From the NCBI RefSeq assembly GCF_009834535.1, contig NC_045696.1:39992001-40056000 (forward strand): a stretch of 64,000 bases of DNA. Direction: 5' to 3'. Source of the DNA: Camelus ferus (taxonomy: Eukaryota). The notes below the pieces were generated by a model. That model ran no database searches. It had not been told where the DNA came from and worked only from the letters and a program-made list of their open reading frames with translations. Shown one piece after another: positions 61,246 through 64,000 of this stretch. Both the position numbers and the translations under genes were made by a program. The first letter of the stretch is position 1, and every line of letters starts with the position of its first letter.

Positions 61246-63064
61246 GGGTGCAGTATGGTGAATGGCGGTCCTCTCTGTGCGCTCCATCTCCAGACAGCTC
61301 TCAACTAGACTACAAGACAGCTCACATTCTGCAAGCTCCTCAAGTGATTCTAGGCAGAAGTTTTAAGCCTTTGGGACAGATTCAAGTCGCCCATGGAGCT
61401 TTAAAAACTTCAGCTCTCCTGGCACCTCATCTTGCTGTTGTAGGACCTAAGTAAGACCCTCTTTGGGCTAGGTCTCACAATGAATCATCCAATCCCACTG
61501 AGACACAGGTTTCAGGACATTACAGAGCAGAAACCAAATGATTTTACTCTTTCTTCTTTTTTCCTATTAAACAAGATATAATAAACAAACGATACCCAAA
61601 CTTTCCATCCTCCTGACTTGAGTGAATACAGTCCTGCACTATAAGCAAAGCTGGTTTTCCTAGTAACAGGATGTTCCCAGAGAGGAGTTGTACACATAGC
61701 TGACAATCAAACTGCTGATGGAGAAAAAACAATAGGCAATTGAACAACTGTTCTTGTTGGGTGGAGAAGTCTGTATGTTTCTATGTATAGCCAGAAATTG
61801 AAGGTTCATTAGAATATTGTACCATAACCTTCTTACCTCTTTCCTTCCTCTCAGGGCCTTGTTTTTCTTTATTATCTAACAGCACCCCAGAACAACGAGC
61901 ACTCATATCTAAACAGAGGTGGAGTTTGAATGGGAAATCTGCAAACAGTACATGTTCTCCCTCACTATAACATGTAGCTTATTTTCAGTAAAAGGCAAAC
62001 AGACAACTGGGTGAGTTAAGAACAATGGTCACAGTTTACTGAACGCATCTGTTTTCTTAAAAAGGCAAAATTGTTACCTGATGGTGTGCAGGGTTCTCTT
62101 AAGTCCATCTCCAGGGTATGATTTTTGAAAGAGATCCATAGGTTATTTGGATGCACACTAGAATTGATGACCAATGTCCTGTAATCAAAATCTCCACATA
62201 GGTGAACCGTGGCCAACCCTCACTGATCTATCACAGAATGGGTGTGAGTCTTGAATCCACAACACCCTTCACTGTCTTAATGAAATAACTTTTCTCAGTT
62301 CTCTTAAATAAAAAGAAAAGGACTGGTGATATCTAGCAAGGGTAATATTATATAAACAAACAAACAAACAAAAAACTCTGAAATTACAGCTAAAAAGAAC
62401 TGGAGTAGTAACAAATTATTTTAAATGATCTGATGCTAGAATTTTCTTAAAAGGAGAAAAACAAATGTTCAAGTAGCACTTTTACAAGACAATCCCAACA
62501 ATGAGGTCAGCCAAGCAAAGTGGCATTTTTCCTTGGAATTCATTGAGGTATTCAGGTCATAATTGGCTGTGGCATTTGGGAAAATAGGGGGGAAGAAACT
62601 TGGCTCTTGGAAAAGAGGGAAACATTATCTCATTGCCCCAGAAGCTTCTTTCAAACTCCAGATTTGCAGTGGGACATTTAGAGTTAGAATTTTCAGTAAA
62701 GAAGAAAATATATCGAAGCCTCAGATTTCAAACAAGGGGAAAGATGAAGGAGATGATTAAACAACAAAAAAAGGAAAACTCTGGAACAAAGAGTCGTAGA
62801 TAGTTGAATGGTCAAATAATCTAACTGAATCATAGGAAACAATGACGTCGTGTCTAAATGTTAAGTTGGGGGTGGGTGTCTTGTGCCTATGATATCATTG
62901 CATATATTTGTTGAACACAGGTGCACTGAAAGGATGTCACTCTCATGAAAAAGCTTCAATTCATCAAGTTTAACATGATAATTCTTTATCATATTCCCTC
63001 CAGGAAATCTGTCTTGTTTTTTATATTTCTTCCTTGAAAAGATGGGAGATTATTACTATCTATA

Positions 63065-63400
63065 ATCCATCACTTGATCATGTATTTCAAGAGTACCCAC
63101 TATATGCCTGGCACTCTGCCAAGGTATATAAGAACCACAAGAGAAATAAAACACAATGTCTATTTGCATGAAACTTAAAATCTAATTGTAGAAATAGAAC
63201 TTATGCAACTTAAGTAACAATTGTCTACCCACTGCCAGTTAGAAGTAAAGTATGATTATCAGAAACAGAAGTGAGCAATGTGGACTAGAGTATTTGGGGA
63301 AAACCTCAGAGGGAGGTTGAAGTTGACTGAGACCTTAATAAGTGGAATGGAGGTGGGAGGCATTAAGTGAGAGAGCACGAAATGAGCTCAGAGGCAGTAA
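63065..63400 (-). mobile_element. LINE-2 fragment
   Basis: 'tatttcaagagtacccactatatgcctggcactctgccaagg...catgaaacttaaaatctaattg'. Confidence 0.65.
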
Positions 63401-63871
63401 AAAGTTCAGCAGGTACAAGGAAATGAGTATATCTGCTTGGCCACTGGGCTTGAAACATATATATTTGAGATTTGGGGTATGAGTCATGGAAAAAGACTGT
63501 GGTCCAGTGGAATGAGCCCAGGTTTTGAGACTGAATTCTGATTTTGCCACTATAACTTCAGCTTCCTTCTGATACGTGCTGAAAAGAGCAGAAATTTTAG
63601 AATTGCTTATTTGAAAATGGCTTCTGACTGATCTCTACTTGAATACTGCTGCTCAGCCTGTGTGCTTCTCAAAACTGCTTCTCCCTCTGGCCTAGGACTA
63701 TTTTCCCTTTCCCTGGTGCAGGTCACTCGCCAGAACTGTTAGACACCCTCTATGGATAGGATGCTGCTTCTTACCTGTGAAGAGTTATGCTGAACAAGAT
63801 GCAGTAGTGTCCGGACCCGTTCTTCCCACAGTGCTGTCAGACAAGGCTGTACAAGCACAGCAGGCTTAGGG

Positions 63872-64000
63872 CAGTGGTCCTCAGGTTGGGCAGCACGTTG
63901 GGATTATCTGGGAAGCTCCTAAAATACTGATATTCAGACCACTGAATGAGAATCTCTACAAGGTGGAACCCAAATATTAGCATTTTTTAAAGCTCCCGGG
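63872..64000. mobile_element. MER5A-like hAT MITE running off the window edge
   Basis: 'cagtggtcctca...gattatctgggaagctcctaaaatactga...tgagaatctct...cattttttaaagctccc'. Confidence 0.7.

Noticed and set aside
454..63550. Short ORFs (60-180 aa) in the six-frame track as host genes
   Set aside because: The recognisable ones are L1 ORF2 remnants or their antisense frames. The rest are low-complexity, overlap repeats or lack any recognisable domain, as expected by chance in AT-rich DNA.
1..64000. Prokaryote-type systems (CRISPR arrays, operons, defence islands, rRNA or tRNA genes)
   Set aside because: There is no repeat-spacer array, no gene-dense coding region and no rRNA or tRNA sequence seen. 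The repeat content is mammalian.

Overview
This is AT-rich, CpG-poor mammalian non-coding DNA, either intergenic or from a large intron; it is not prokaryotic. A large part of it is fossil interspersed repeat: LINE-1 of several ages, L2, L3/CR1, MIR, MaLR/ERVL solo LTRs (MLT1, MLT2, LTR16-like) and DNA transposons (MER82, MER58A, MER5). The young L1 3' UTRs look cetartiodactyl, most like camelid L1 from memory, and I saw no Alu, B1, BovB, PRE-1 or Can-SINE. I can support no host protein-coding gene. The only ORFs with a recognisable product are broken L1 ORF2 remnants. I found no evidence of a new multi-gene biological system. The best-supported oddities are insertion-history features: two L1s inserted one after the other at the same nick (target site present three times), a CpG-rich 308-bp solo LTR I cannot assign to a family, and a deletion scar with templated filler. 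A let-7-like 15-mer, some candidate exons and some enhancer-like motif clusters are weaker leads. Repeat family names come from recalled consensus sequences, not a database search, and the ends of old repeats are approximate.
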